Source: Bacteroidota bacterium (GTDB lineage Bacteria > Bacteroidota > Ignavibacteria > UBA10030 > UBA8401). From it: a stretch of DNA of 49,105 nucleotides. Position 1 is the first letter of the stretch. Each line of letters begins with the position of its first letter. Made by a program: the position numbers and the translations under genes. Below, piece after piece: positions 24,427 through 35,479 of this stretch. The notes below the pieces were generated by a model. The model had not been told where the DNA came from. It ran no database searches and saw only the letters and a list, made by a program, of their open reading frames with translations. Location of the stretch: contig JALNZH010000001.1 of assembly GCA_023229405.1 (NCBI GenBank), positions 1 to 49,105 of the forward strand. The letters run 5' to 3'.

Positions 24427-27400
24427 TTATGATGCTTGATGAAATTCCTGGATCGAACGGACATTCAGTTTCCCCTGTTTGATCCGCTCAATTCCTTTCA
24501 CCGCCGTGGCAGCAGCGGAGAGTGTGGTGATAAATGCAATCTTCTGCTGAATCGCCGCCCAACCGATGGAGTATTCGTCATACCGCGACTCTTCACCGAG
24601 CGGCGTGTTGATCACCATCTGCACTTCGCCATTTTTAATCGCATCCACAATGTTCGGACGGCCTTCGTTTACTTTGAAGACCGATTTTGCGTTGATGCCG
24701 TGCTCGTTTAAAAATTTCGTTGTTCCCTCGGTAGCGATTATTTTGAAACCGAGGTGCAGATATTCCTTCATAATCCCCACCGTTTCAGCAGTTTTGTCGT
24801 TGTTGTTTACGCTGACAAAGATCGTTCCCTCTTTCGGCAGAGGATTGCCGGCGGCGAGTTGCGCTTTTGCAACAGACGCGCCGAACGATTGCGAAATTCC
24901 CATCACTTCTCCGGTGGAACGCATTTCCGGTCCGAGAAACATCTTTACTTTCGGGAATTTATTGAACGGGAAGACCGACTCCTTCATGGATATATGTTTC
25001 ACTTTGCGGAAATCGAAATCGAGCACGCCGAGACTCTTCAATTTTTTCCCGGCCATTACTTTCGCCGCAATCTTCGCCAGCGGTAAACCGGTCGCCTTGC
25101 CGACGAATGGAACAGTACGCGACGCGCGTGGATTCACTTCCAGCACATACATCGTGTTGTTCTTCATGGCATACTGCACGTTGATCAATCCGCGCACATG
25201 AAGTGCATACGACAATTTTTTGGTGATCTCGATGATCTCCTGCAGTTTATCCTCTTTCAGCATAAACGGCGGGAGCACACTGGAGCTGTCGCCGGAATGA
25301 ATGCCGGCTTCTTCAATATGTTCCATTACGCCGCCGATCAACACGTCGTCCCCGTCGCACACCGCATCCACGTCAAATTCAAACGCGTCTTCCAGAAAAC
25401 AGTCTATCAGGATCGGCTTTTCCGGAGAGACATCAACAGCAAGTTTCATGTATTGTTTCAACGCATCGCTCGTGTAACAAATCTGCATGGCGCGACCGCC
25501 GAGCACGTATGACGGACGAACGAGCACCGGATATCCGATCTCTTCTGCCACCAGCAGTGCATCTTTCACAGAAAACGCCGTGCCGTATTTCGGATGTTCG
25601 ATCTTATTCTTCCGTAACAGATCGCCGAACCGTTCGCGGTCTTCCGCAAGGTCGATCCCTTCCGTTGATGTTCCGAGAATTCGGACGCCGTTCGCTTCGA
25701 GCGCTTTGGCAATCTTCAGCGGCGTCTGTCCGCCGAAACTGACGATGATTCCTTCCGGTTGTTCCAGATCGCAAATGTTCAGCACATCTTCGACGGTGAG
25801 CGGTTCAAAATACAATTTGTCCGTCGTATCATAATCCGTCGACACCGTCTCCGGATTACAGTTGATCATAATTGTTTCGTATCCTTCTTCACGGAGCGAT
25901 TTCACTCCATGCACGCAACAATAATCGAATTCAATTCCCTGTCCGATGCGGTTTGGTCCACCGCCGAGAATAATCACTTTTTTCTTTGCCGACCGATGCG
26001 ACTCATTTTCCTGATCGTACGTGGAGTAATGATACGGCGTATTTGATTCAAATTCCGCCGCGCAGGTATCCACCATTTTATACACCGGAATCACTCCCAG
26101 CGTTTTCCGCAATTGCCGAACTGTTGCTTCTTCCGTTTTCCAGAGATGGGCGAGTTGACGGTCGGAAAAGCCGTATTCTTTTGCGTGGCGCATCGTCTCG
26201 GCATTCACCGATTCCAGCGGGATCTTTTTCAGTTCGTTCTCGAGATCGATGATCTGTTTAATATTAAAGAGGAACCACGGATCGACTTTCGTCAAACCGT
26301 GAACATCGTCGATCGATAAACCGAGAAGAAATGCATACCGAATGTAAAAAATATTATTCGCCTTCGGTTTCCGCAGCTGTTCTTTTACTTTTTTCAGCCA
26401 AGAAGTTTTTTGTGATTTCGTCAGTGCGTCAATCTCAAAATGATCCTTCCCGTCCGCGCCAAGCCCGAAACGTCCTTGCTCAAGAGAGCGGAGTGTTTTC
26501 TGCAATGCTTCTTTGAATGTGCGTCCGAATGCCATTGCTTCGCCAACCGATTTCATTTGCACGCCGAGCGTATCATCCACACCTTTGAATTTTTCGAAAT
26601 CCCATCGGGGAATTTTAACAACAGTGTAATCAATGGTTGGTTCGAAGGAAGCGGGGGTTAGTTTGGTAATATCGTTGGGGATTTCGTCAAGAGTGTATCC
26701 GACGGCGAGTTTTGCAGCAATTTTCGCTATCGGGAATCCGGTCGCTTTGGAAGCGAGTGCGGAGCTTCGAGAGACCCGCGGATTCATCTCAATCACATAC
26801 ATCTTCCCGTTTTCCGGATTCATGGAGAACTGTACATTCGATCCACCGGTATCCACGCCGATGGCGCGCATCACTTTTAAAGCCGCGTCACGCATGTACT
26901 GATATTCCTTATCCGTTAAGGTCTGTGCCGGCGCAACGGTAATCGAATCACCGGTATGCACGCCCATCGGATCAAAATTTTCAATAGAACAAATGATGAC
27001 GACGTTATCCTTCGTATCGCGCATCACTTCCAGTTCATATTCTTTCCACCCCAGCACGGATTCTTCCACCAGCACTTCATGCGTCGGACTCTGAATCAAA
27101 CCGTTATCAACAATTGTTTTAAACTCTTCAATATTATATGCAATACCGCCGCCGCTACCACCCATCGTGAACGAAGGACGAATAATGATCGGAAAATTAC
27201 CGATACCCTGTACAACTTTTAATGCTTCTTCCAGTGTGTACACAAATCCGCCGCGCGGCATTTCCAGTCCAACTTCCGTCATGGTCTTTTTAAAAAGCTG
27301 ACGATCTTCCGCTTTTTTAATTGACTGAAGGTTCGCGCCGATTAGTTCCACGTTGTATTTTTCCAGCACGCCTCGTTCCGCCAACGCTACCGCGGTATTC

Positions 27401-27687
27401 AATGCCGTCTGTCCACCCATTGTGGGAAGAATCGCATCCGGCCGCTCTTTTTCGATGATCATTTCGACGAATTCCGGTGTGATCGGTTCGATATACGTGG
27501 CATCCGCCAGTTCGGGATCGGTCATGATCGTAGCAGGATTGCTGTTGATCAATATGATGCGGTACCCTTCTTCGCGAAGTACCTTGCAGGCTTGAGTTCC
27601 GGAATAATCAAATTCGCAGGCTTGTCCGATAACAATCGGACCGCTGCCGATGATAAGAATTGATTTAATGTCGGTTCGTTTTGGCAT
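24427..27687 (-). CDS. carB: Carbamoyl-phosphate synthase large subunit
   Basis: 1086 aa. Duplicated ATP-grasp halves ([33 protein letters not shown]...; [25 protein letters not shown]...) and a C-terminal MGS-like domain. Confidence 0.97.
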   Translation of the reverse strand: MPKRTDIKSILIIGSGPIVIGQACEFDYSGTQACKVLREEGYRIILINSNPATIMTDPELADATYIEPITPEFVEMIIEKERPDAILPTMGGQTALNTAVALAERGVLEKYNVELIGANLQSIKKAEDRQLFKKTMTEVGLEMPRGGFVYTLEEALKVVQGIGNFPIIIRPSFTMGGSGGGIAYNIEEFKTIVDNGLIQSPTHEVLVEESVLGWKEYELEVMRDTKDNVVIICSIENFDPMGVHTGDSITVAPAQTLTDKEYQYMRDAALKVMRAIGVDTGGSNVQFSMNPENGKMYVIEMNPRVSRSSALASKATGFPIAKIAAKLAVGYTLDEIPNDITKLTPASFEPTIDYTVVKIPRWDFEKFKGVDDTLGVQMKSVGEAMAFGRTFKEALQKTLRSLEQGRFGLGADGKDHFEIDALTKSQKTSWLKKVKEQLRKPKANNIFYIRYAFLLGLSIDDVHGLTKVDPWFLFNIKQIIDLENELKKIPLESVNAETMRHAKEYGFSDRQLAHLWKTEEATVRQLRKTLGVIPVYKMVDTCAAEFESNTPYHYSTYDQENESHRSAKKKVIILGGGPNRIGQGIEFDYCCVHGVKSLREEGYETIMINCNPETVSTDYDTTDKLYFEPLTVEDVLNICDLEQPEGIIVSFGGQTPLKIAKALEANGVRILGTSTEGIDLAEDRERFGDLLRKNKIEHPKYGTAFSVKDALLVAEEIGYPVLVRPSYVLGGRAMQICYTSDALKQYMKLAVDVSPEKPILIDCFLEDAFEFDVDAVCDGDDVLIGGVMEHIEEAGIHSGDSSSVLPPFMLKEDKLQEIIEITKKLSYALHVRGLINVQYAMKNNTMYVLEVNPRASRTVPFVGKATGLPLAKIAAKVMAGKKLKSLGVLDFDFRKVKHISMKESVFPFNKFPKVKMFLGPEMRSTGEVMGISQSFGASVAKAQLAAGNPLPKEGTIFVSVNNNDKTAETVGIMKEYLHLGFKIIATEGTTKFLNEHGINAKSVFKVNEGRPNIVDAIKNGEVQMVINTPLGEESRYDEYSIGWAAIQQKIAFITTLSAAATAVKGIERIKQGKLNVRSIQEFHQAS

Positions 27688-27722
27688 TACAGTCGTTTTG
27701 TCAAGTGGTCGGTACGATACAT

Positions 27723-27758
27723 AAAAACCTCCGTGGGTTTACTTCCAGGGAGGCTTTT
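27723..27758 (-). terminator. Terminator-like hairpin between cstA and carB (cstA terminator and/or carB leader attenuator)
   Basis: On the - strand: CCTCCCTGG-8 nt loop-CCACGGAGG (27728-27753, 8 bp with one mismatch) followed by TTTTT (27723-27727). It lies about 35 nt upstream of the carB ATG. Confidence 0.6.
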
Positions 27759-27894
27759 AACGATCTATAATCATAAAGTACGAAAAAATTTGCGACGTTC
27801 CAACGGAATTCCTTTTTGAAAGAGTGTTGCACAGCAACTCTTCACGGTACTGTCTGTAAAATGAAAACTCACCAGTGACACTCTTCCGAATGAT

Positions 27895-29748
27895 TCAACT
27901 CAAACCGTACCCCGGAGGTACAAAACCGGGGGCCGAACCATCCACTAATTTATCATCGATGATGTACTGCTTACGAACGAGTACACGGTACCAGGTACGC
28001 ATTGCATCAACCAATATGACCAGTGCGCAAATAATGATGATCGATGTAAGGATGCTGTTCACGTATCCTTGCACTGCAGTTTCGGCATTGTACGTGAGAG
28101 GCCAGAAATTATCCATAATGTTCAGAACACCAGCAGTGAGCGTTGTGGTTGCTACAAACAGAAGCGGTACAGCAGTCACCCAGAGATAACGCTGTTTTCC
28201 TGCATTGATAATGGCGGTAGTGACGACCGAAAGCGCCACCACAGCCAACAATTGATTCGCAACGCCGAACATGGGCCAGATGGTGCTCACATTGCCCGTA
28301 TGAATGAAATAGGCCCAGGAGACAACAATAAGTGCAGTACTTATGATCGCGCCCGGCCACCAGTTTGTCCGCGAAAACTTTGGGGAGAAGTGTCCGAGGA
28401 ATTCTTGTACAATGAAACGGCCTACGCGTGTTCCTGCGTCAATCGTAGTAAGTATGAAAAGAGCTTCAAACATGATGGCAAAATGATACCAGTAAGACAT
28501 TAATCCTTTCATGCCGGGAATGGCTGAAAAGATCTGTGCAAATCCGACTGCAAGCGAGACAGCTCCTCCGGGTCTTCCGGCAATCACTTCACCCACTTCT
28601 CGGGCAAGTTCTTCAAGATTAACGGGCGGGATGTTGAGCGCTTCGAACTTTGCCGGCGGCACATTAATAGCAAAATAATCACCCGGATGAAGAGAACACG
28701 CAGCGATCAGCGCGATGATACCCACCAGTCCTTCGATGAGCATAGCACCGTACCCGATAAACCGTACGTCTGATTCTTTTTCGATCATCTTCGGTGTTGT
28801 GCCGGATGAGATGAGAGAGTGAAATCCAGAAATTGCACCGCAGGCAATCGTCACAAACACGAACGGGAAAAGTTTCCCGGGTATGATCGGACCTCCTCCA
28901 TCTGCAAAGATAGAAACCATTGGCATCTTCAGATCCGGCATAACGATAAAGACTCCGATCACTAGCCCAGTCACTGTACCGATTTTCATATATGAACTGA
29001 GATAATCACGCGGTGTAAGCAAAAGCCAGACCGGCAGTACCGATGCAAAGAATCCGTAGACAGCCATCCAATTGATAATGGAAGTACGGGAAAGGGTGAA
29101 ATACGGAGCAAGCGAAGAACCGGGAATGTAACCACCGAGAAAGACGCACAACAGCACGCCGAAAACACCAATGTAACTCGCCTCCGCTATTTTCCCTTTT
29201 CGGAAGTTGTTCATATACCATCCGACGAAAAGCGCCAAAGGAATCGTCATCGTGATAGTAAAAGTGCCCCACGAACTCTCGTGCAATGCATTCGTTACAG
29301 CGAGACCGAGTCCCGCTAATGCAATGATGATGATAAAAAGTATGGCAATGGATGCGATCGTACCAGCAAGCGGACTCACTTCTTTTCGCGCAATCTCCGC
29401 AAGCGATTTTCCGTTGTGTCGCACGGAGAGGGCAAGCACCGTAAAGTCATGAACAGCGCCGCTTAACACAACGCCGACAAGCAGCCAAAGAAATCCCGGC
29501 AGGAACCCAAACTGCGCCGCAAGAACCGGTCCAATCAATGGACCTGCTCCGGAAATAGCAGCGAAATGATGGCCGAAAAGCACCCAACGGTTCGTCGGAT
29601 GGAAATTGTGATGATCGTTAAATCTGTGCGCCGGCGTTTGCCGCGAATCGTCGAACGCTATGATCTTTGCAGCAATGAACGCACTGTAATAACGATACAT
29701 GATGACCATAACGCAGAGCGCGACGAGCAGAAACGGGAATGCATTCAT
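27895..29748 (-). CDS. cstA: Carbon starvation protein A (peptide/pyruvate transporter family)
   Basis: 617-aa polytopic protein. The N-terminus and conserved blocks ([51 protein letters not shown]) are typical of CstA. Confidence 0.93.
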   Translation of the reverse strand: MNAFPFLLVALCVMVIMYRYYSAFIAAKIIAFDDSRQTPAHRFNDHHNFHPTNRWVLFGHHFAAISGAGPLIGPVLAAQFGFLPGFLWLLVGVVLSGAVHDFTVLALSVRHNGKSLAEIARKEVSPLAGTIASIAILFIIIIALAGLGLAVTNALHESSWGTFTITMTIPLALFVGWYMNNFRKGKIAEASYIGVFGVLLCVFLGGYIPGSSLAPYFTLSRTSIINWMAVYGFFASVLPVWLLLTPRDYLSSYMKIGTVTGLVIGVFIVMPDLKMPMVSIFADGGGPIIPGKLFPFVFVTIACGAISGFHSLISSGTTPKMIEKESDVRFIGYGAMLIEGLVGIIALIAACSLHPGDYFAINVPPAKFEALNIPPVNLEELAREVGEVIAGRPGGAVSLAVGFAQIFSAIPGMKGLMSYWYHFAIMFEALFILTTIDAGTRVGRFIVQEFLGHFSPKFSRTNWWPGAIISTALIVVSWAYFIHTGNVSTIWPMFGVANQLLAVVALSVVTTAIINAGKQRYLWVTAVPLLFVATTTLTAGVLNIMDNFWPLTYNAETAVQGYVNSILTSIIIICALVILVDAMRTWYRVLVRKQYIIDDKLVDGSAPGFVPPGYGLS

Positions 29749-29815
29749 AAGAGGTGTATTGAGTTAAAAAATGAACGACTAAAGAGACTCTCCCAAGGTT
29801 GACCGCTCTATACTA

Positions 29816-29839
29816 ATTGATTTAAACCATAAAATCAAT
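29816..29839. promoter_or_regulatory. Perfect 8-bp inverted repeat upstream of cstA (candidate operator)
   Basis: ATTGATTT (29816-29823) - 8 nt - AAATCAAT (29832-29839). It lies 68-91 nt upstream of the cstA ATG, just upstream of a TATAGA -10-like box on the - strand. Confidence 0.3.
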
Positions 29840-29874
29840 CAAACGGAACAGCGCATGATATACGGGAAAAAATT

Positions 29875-29909
29875 AAAAAAACGCCGCTAAAGTAGTAGCG
29901 ACGTTTTTT
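29875..29909. terminator. Bidirectional intrinsic terminator after the LVIVD/T9SS gene
   Basis: AAAAAAACGCCGCTA (29875-29889) - AAGTAG - TAGCGACGTTTTTT (29896-29909), with one mismatch. It lies 22 nt downstream of the TAG at 29931. Confidence 0.8.
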
Positions 29910-29930
29910 AGTGCGGAGTGATCTCTAAAA

Positions 29931-32327
29931 CTATTTCATTAAGACCAGTTTTTTGGTTTGGATGACATTCCCCGTTTGTAATTTATAAAAATACACGCCG
30001 CTCGATAATCCTTCACCGTTGAAGGAAACGGAATAGCGACCCGCCTGCTTCAATTCATGGACGAGAGTGTTTACCTCCTTTCCAAGTAGATCATACACTC
30101 TCAAAGAAACAAAAACCGCTTTCGGAACCGAGTATCGAATGGTCGTGGAAGGATTAAACGGATTCGGATAATTCTGTTGTAATACAAATGCATCCGGCAT
30201 CGTCGTTTCTTCCCGATCTATGGAGAGCTGCAAATTATCACCGAATTCAATATCATCAATCGCTGCATCGAAAACGGATGATGCACCTCCATCTTTTGCA
30301 ACAAAACGGATCATCATCTGATCTGATGATGATACCAAACTGGAAAGATCGATCCGGTATTGCCTCCAGTACGGCAGTTTTCCAGAAATGGCCGCAGCCT
30401 GTTTCCAGTTTCCGCCTTTATTACTGGACACTTCAACGTACAATGTATCATCTTTCGCTGCCGAACGAGAATTAAAATACACCCAGAATAGTATCGAAGG
30501 GTTGGGAATGAACTCTGTATTGAACACCGGAGATGTCAACGTCGTACGGTAGGTGACGTAATCAGTCGGAGAAGAAGACGGTCCGGTAACAAAAAGCATG
30601 TTCCCGTTCACCGTATGGTCGTATGAAGGCTGAAGTGTGTCCGCCCCGACGACAGCAGCTGTTGCAACAGTCCGGGACCAGATTCCTTGATTACCGGAAT
30701 CCGATTTGCTTCCGACTGTCCATCCGAGATCAACTTCAAAATTATCCAACCCGTTTGGCGTTAATTGCATGGTAATGGTATTCTTCGCTCCTCCAATAAT
30801 GGTGACAAACGATGTTTCTGGTAAAAACCCCCATTGGGTGGCAATCACGGAAAACGTTCTACCGCCAAGCAATGCAGGAATTGAAAATTCTCCCACTGTG
30901 TCGGTTATTCCTTTCACCGGTGTGTTCGCCACCGAAAGTAAAATATCTTTTACCGGTGCAGATATTGCGTTGTTTATGACCTTCACAGTTAATGAGCCAG
31001 ATTTCATTTGACTCATGTAGACGGTAACAGAAATAACGGTGTCATACTGCATGACAATATTCTGAACGCGAGTTCCATAACCTGTTGAGTAGGTCGATTT
31101 GGAAAATGTCACGAGCAGCGTGTCAGACAGTGAGCCGAATTTCACGTTGCCGGCGGCGTCAGTCAGTAATGTGTCGAGCCTGCCGGACAATGTTACTTTC
31201 ACATCGCTGAGTGGCAGATTTGTCGCGGAATCCAACACCGTCACAATTGCACGCGCCGCTTTTACTGATCCATCCTGTCCTGCAAAACGCATAACGAACA
31301 GCCCGCCGCTGATATCCGAAATAATTACTTTATTTGAGATGAAATACGGAAATGTTCCCCATGCCCCGACATAACCGTTCACGGAACCGATATACGTATC
31401 ATAGTGCGCAACTTCGACCGGTATCTCGGGATAGTGAATGTCCAATATCCGCACCCCTTCTGAATAATGCGCCAAATATCCGTAGTTGCCTTTTACATGG
31501 ATATTATGGACGATCGTGTGGGGACGAGCAACGTACGATCCAACAAGTTTTAGATTAGTAACATCTGTCCGGTCCCACACTCTCAGAATATTTCCGTTAT
31601 GATCCGGATTGTTGTTGATCTCATCTGTGGTAAAAACATATTTTTTATCCGTTGTCACATCCGTATTGTGTGTGCCGGAAAACGGATAATTTGTTACACT
31701 AACACGTTTGATGTCCGCTTTGTTGGTCGCGTCGATTATGTCGAGTCCTTCACCGTAAATCGCCGCGGCGTAAATTGTATCATTTTTGATCACGCAGTCG
31801 TGCACATATTCTGACTGATATTCTCCGACCACAACAGGACTGACGGGATTGGTCAGATCGAAGACGACAATTCCCCCATTTTTGTAACGGGAACCATTCA
31901 CATACAGATATTTTCCTTCGATGGAAACCGTGTGCCCGGATGGTATTTGTGTATTCGTGATAGTGTTCACCAACTTCATGGAATCAAGATCAATAATCTG
32001 CAGCCCGGCACCGTTTCCTTCGGTGACGATATACGCATAGTGTTGATATACTTTCATTTCTCTCCATCCCGAATTCGGACCGGGAATGAATGCGGCTTCC
32101 TTCAACGTATCGCCGGTGATATCAACAATCTGCGTACCGCCGAAACAACCGAGGATGGCATATTCCTTTCCACCCGGGGCAGTATATCCCCAGATTTGTG
32201 AATACCCGCTTGTTCCTCGAGTCCGCATCTGACCGATGAATTGAACATTGCTACCACCCTGTGCATACAGCATATCGAATACAACAAGCGACAACAATAA
32301 TAAGACTGTGGTTCGAACAAACTGCAT
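29931..32327 (-). CDS. T9SS-secreted LVIVD-repeat (choice-of-anchor-B-like) beta-propeller protein with CarboxypepD_reg-like and MAM-like domains
   Basis: AGGAG SD and a signal peptide. N-terminal YSQIWGYTAPGGKEYAILGCFGGTQIVDIT...YAYIVTEGNGAGLQIIDL. Middle beta-sandwich repeats, a MAM-like AAIDDIEF, and the C-terminal NYPNPFNPSTTIRYSVP...GVYFYKLQ sorting domain. Confidence 0.85.
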   Translation of the reverse strand: MQFVRTTVLLLLSLVVFDMLYAQGGSNVQFIGQMRTRGTSGYSQIWGYTAPGGKEYAILGCFGGTQIVDITGDTLKEAAFIPGPNSGWREMKVYQHYAYIVTEGNGAGLQIIDLDSMKLVNTITNTQIPSGHTVSIEGKYLYVNGSRYKNGGIVVFDLTNPVSPVVVGEYQSEYVHDCVIKNDTIYAAAIYGEGLDIIDATNKADIKRVSVTNYPFSGTHNTDVTTDKKYVFTTDEINNNPDHNGNILRVWDRTDVTNLKLVGSYVARPHTIVHNIHVKGNYGYLAHYSEGVRILDIHYPEIPVEVAHYDTYIGSVNGYVGAWGTFPYFISNKVIISDISGGLFVMRFAGQDGSVKAARAIVTVLDSATNLPLSDVKVTLSGRLDTLLTDAAGNVKFGSLSDTLLVTFSKSTYSTGYGTRVQNIVMQYDTVISVTVYMSQMKSGSLTVKVINNAISAPVKDILLSVANTPVKGITDTVGEFSIPALLGGRTFSVIATQWGFLPETSFVTIIGGAKNTITMQLTPNGLDNFEVDLGWTVGSKSDSGNQGIWSRTVATAAVVGADTLQPSYDHTVNGNMLFVTGPSSSPTDYVTYRTTLTSPVFNTEFIPNPSILFWVYFNSRSAAKDDTLYVEVSSNKGGNWKQAAAISGKLPYWRQYRIDLSSLVSSSDQMMIRFVAKDGGASSVFDAAIDDIEFGDNLQLSIDREETTMPDAFVLQQNYPNPFNPSTTIRYSVPKAVFVSLRVYDLLGKEVNTLVHELKQAGRYSVSFNGEGLSSGVYFYKLQTGNVIQTKKLVLMK

Positions 32328-32345
32328 GAAAAACTCCTGTAATGA

Positions 32346-34388
32346 TTATTTGATGAGTGACATTCGATGTGTAAATTCCCGCCGGCCCTCTTTATTATTG
32401 ACAACAAAATGGCAAAAATACGTTCCCGTTCTAGCATTAGTTGCGTTCCACATTGCGGAATGTTTTCCGGATTTCATATTGCCATTTGTTAAGGTTTCAA
32501 CTGATCGCCCGAGTATATCAAAAATTTCAATCGAAACAAGACCGTCCTCAGGAAGAGAAAAAACGATTGTCGTCGAAGGATTAAAGGGATTTGGGTAATT
32601 ATACGACACTTCAAGATCAGACGGTGCAGCTCTGTGTGTTGTTGGTGAAGATAATGTACCGGCATTCCTATAATAGAAGATACCCCCTTTGCCGTTTCCG
32701 AGTATTATGTCGTTGTCTCCGTCATTGTCGATATCGATCACACACGGAGAAGCTTGCGTCGTGAGTGCAATATTCTGGAATTTATCCGTTACAACTTCGA
32801 ATGTGCTGGATGAAGATTTCGACTGTCTATAGTGATAGAGAATACCATCACTGTTTCCAATAAGCAGGTCGAGTGATCCATCATTATCGATATCTGCTGT
32901 AAAAGGAATAGCATCATTTCCAACATCGATGTTCGTGAACGACAAATCGACCGTATAGATCGGAGAAGCATTCGTTCCTGAATTTTTGAACAACACGACT
33001 TGTCCGCCGCTGCTGCCAACGAGCAGGTCGTTCGTACCATTATTGTCGATATCCACGATGCATGGAGCAGAGTTCTGCCCGGCATCGTATTGATCAAGCG
33101 GAAATAGAATCTTTGCGAATGAGATCACTCCATCGGTTGTTGTATTGGCAAATGTGCTGATTCTCCCGTCAAAATTTCCGATCATCAAATCCATTGTACC
33201 GTCAGAATTCACATCACCGGCAGAAACAGTCGCATAAAAATTATTTTCCAGCATTATCGTAGACTGCGGCTGAGCTTGAAACTGCGGCGCACTCTTAGTC
33301 CCGGTATTGTCATGGATCTGAACCGTTCCGAATGCCGAAGCGATCACTAGATCGACATCGCCGTCGCCGTCAAAATCCGCTGCCGCGACGCTGCTACGGG
33401 AACCGGCATCGATCATCGGAAGAAAATTTTTCGTCTGCAGAACATACAACGGCACAGCATTAGTACCGGCATTTTTATAAAAGAAAAAATTGTCAACTTC
33501 CGTCGACGGGAATACACTGCCCACCATCATATCGACGGCGCCGTCTGCATCAATATCTACATGCTGTGGAATATTAAATCCGTACGATTGAATGACTGCT
33601 TCGTTTGGATACGTAGAATCGACCAGTGAGATATTGGCGTTTTGTTTTGTCCCTTTGTTATAGAGGAAATAAAGACTTGGATTAAAATAATCGCCCCAAA
33701 ACAAATCTAGCACACCGTTACTATCCGCATCGAAAAATTCGATTCCGCTGGCGCCGTGCATCGCTTTGTGAATGGAGCCCGGTCCTCCTTGAATGTTGAT
33801 CCCCCCGAACGAACTGGTGATAAAGGTGAACTGCGGAATGTTAGGTGTACCAATATTCTTAAAGAAGGTAATGGACCCGATCGATCCGCCGCTGAAAAAA
33901 TCATCGTCCCCATCCCCATCGATGTCGGCAAAGGTGGGAATACTGAAACGTTCGCTGAATAATTCTATCCCGGAGGTGTCGAGCAGCGCAGCAGAAGTGA
34001 GTTGAAATTGGGGAATTGAAGACGTTCCGGTATTCGTATAGAGCGATACTTCCGAGAAACTACCGTTCGTAAAACAATCCACATCGCCGTCATGATCGAT
34101 ATCCAGAAAATGAAACCAAGATCCGGCTTTCAGATCGAACGTCGTCTCCGGTTCCAGCTTCAGCGTACCTCCCGCTGAGCGATAGAACCAGAGCCGTTCA
34201 TCCCTGTCCAGAATGAACAGATCCTGATCATTGTCACCGTCGATATCAACAAATTGGAATCGCGGCTGGTCGATCCCCCCTGCGGCGATATTCGTACCGA
34301 ACGCGTGGGGATCGTGGATAAATTCCTGAGAGTAAAGTACAGGGAAAGGAAAGCAAAAAAGAATTGTGCTGATGAGATTACGAACCAT
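32346..34388 (-). CDS. T9SS-secreted FG-GAP/VCBS-repeat protein
   Basis: Signal peptide. At least 8 repeats of the D-x-D-x-D-G-x-x-D calcium-binding FG-GAP type (DIDGDNDQD, DIDHDGDVD, DIDGDGDDD, DIDADGAVD, DFDGDGDVD, DVNSDGTMD, DIDNNGTND, DIDNDGSLD, DIDNDGDND). The C-terminal NYPNPFNPSTTIVFSLP sorting domain. The start overlaps the aroB 3' end by 11 nt. Confidence 0.85.
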   Translation of the reverse strand: MVRNLISTILFCFPFPVLYSQEFIHDPHAFGTNIAAGGIDQPRFQFVDIDGDNDQDLFILDRDERLWFYRSAGGTLKLEPETTFDLKAGSWFHFLDIDHDGDVDCFTNGSFSEVSLYTNTGTSSIPQFQLTSAALLDTSGIELFSERFSIPTFADIDGDGDDDFFSGGSIGSITFFKNIGTPNIPQFTFITSSFGGINIQGGPGSIHKAMHGASGIEFFDADSNGVLDLFWGDYFNPSLYFLYNKGTKQNANISLVDSTYPNEAVIQSYGFNIPQHVDIDADGAVDMMVGSVFPSTEVDNFFFYKNAGTNAVPLYVLQTKNFLPMIDAGSRSSVAAADFDGDGDVDLVIASAFGTVQIHDNTGTKSAPQFQAQPQSTIMLENNFYATVSAGDVNSDGTMDLMIGNFDGRISTFANTTTDGVISFAKILFPLDQYDAGQNSAPCIVDIDNNGTNDLLVGSSGGQVVLFKNSGTNASPIYTVDLSFTNIDVGNDAIPFTADIDNDGSLDLLIGNSDGILYHYRQSKSSSSTFEVVTDKFQNIALTTQASPCVIDIDNDGDNDIILGNGKGGIFYYRNAGTLSSPTTHRAAPSDLEVSYNYPNPFNPSTTIVFSLPEDGLVSIEIFDILGRSVETLTNGNMKSGKHSAMWNATNARTGTYFCHFVVNNKEGRREFTHRMSLIK

Positions 34389-35475
34389 ACACCTTCACAT
34401 AATCGATCGCATCCAGAATAAACTGCCGATCAACATTGGAGGGGAGCAGCACCGTACCGATAGCACTCGGCAACGGCATGCGGATAATTCCATTATTCGT
34501 TTTTTTATCTTTCATCATCGTGTTCAGTAGGGCAGCAGACTGCAGCCGTATCGGCGTCAGCAACGGAAGCGGCAATTGCTGAATTAATCGCTCAAGCCGT
34601 TCCTTTTCCCCGGAAGATATCATCCCGTTGCGAAACGCGATGTGCGCCTCGGCAACCATTCCATAAAGAATCGCTTCACCGTGTTTCAGTACGCCATAGT
34701 GTCCGGCGTGCTCCAGAGCGTGGCCTATTGTATGACCAAAATTCAGGATTGCCCGCAAATGTTGTTCTTTTTCATCGTTGGAAACTATATATGCTTTTAA
34801 TTCACAACTTTTCCTGATCAAATGGGAAAGAACGGCAGAATCTCTAGCAAACGCGCGATCCAAATGTTGTTCTATGTACCGGAAAAATTTCTGATCCAGA
34901 ATCATCCCATATTTTACAATCTCGCCCATGCCGCTGATCATCTCCCGTTTCGGCAGCGTCCGCAGCACAGTAGCATCCGACAACACGAACTGCGGCTGGT
35001 AGAATGCGCCGATCATATTTTTCGCCAGCATATGATTGATCCCAACTTTTCCGCCGACAGAACTATCCACCTGTGCAAGCAGCGTTGTCGGAATCTGCAC
35101 AAAACCGATACCGCGCAGATATGTTGCGGCAATAAATCCGGTAAGATCGCCGATCACTCCTCCACCCAACGCAACAATTGTTGCTGAACGTTCGATATTA
35201 CGTTTTAGAAGTTCAGTGTAGATCCTGTCCGCAGTATTCAACCGTTTCTGTTGCTCACCGGGCGGGAGGATGATGGAATGAACATTGAATTTTTTTGCGA
35301 TGAGGCTTTTTTCTACCGTTGAAAGGTACAACTCCGCCACATGTGTATCTGAAACAATAACAATCGATCTACCGATACCGTGCCGTTGAAAGATCGAACC
35401 GGATTGGCGCAGCAATCCGCTGCCGATGTAGATCGGATACGAACGGTCCCCGAGCGGGACGGTGACGATGTGCAT
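34378..35475 (-). CDS. aroB: 3-dehydroquinate synthase
   Basis: MHIVTVPLGDRSYPIYIG..., glycine-rich NAD site ALGGGVIGDLTGFIAATYLRGI, and metal ligands in GHTIGHALE. ATG 35473-35475 lies 4 nt after the aroK stop. The ORF-track TTG extension (35559) would overlap aroK by 80 nt. Confidence 0.92.
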   Translation of the reverse strand: MHIVTVPLGDRSYPIYIGSGLLRQSGSIFQRHGIGRSIVIVSDTHVAELYLSTVEKSLIAKKFNVHSIILPPGEQQKRLNTADRIYTELLKRNIERSATIVALGGGVIGDLTGFIAATYLRGIGFVQIPTTLLAQVDSSVGGKVGINHMLAKNMIGAFYQPQFVLSDATVLRTLPKREMISGMGEIVKYGMILDQKFFRYIEQHLDRAFARDSAVLSHLIRKSCELKAYIVSNDEKEQHLRAILNFGHTIGHALEHAGHYGVLKHGEAILYGMVAEAHIAFRNGMISSGEKERLERLIQQLPLPLLTPIRLQSAALLNTMMKDKKTNNGIIRMPLPSAIGTVLLPSNVDRQFILDAIDYVKVYGS

Positions 35476-35479
35476 TTTT

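Noticed and set aside
27699-27704. Perfect TTGACA (- strand) upstream of carB as a -35 box.
   Set aside because: It is only 12 nt from the ATG, so the matching -10 would fall inside the coding sequence. It cannot serve as the carB promoter.
27820-27842. Hairpin AAGAG(TG)TTGC-ACA-GCAACTCTT downstream of cstA, considered as the cstA terminator.
   Set aside because: It has a 3-nt loop and a 2-nt bulge and no U-tract on either strand. The 27723-27758 hairpin is the better terminator candidate.
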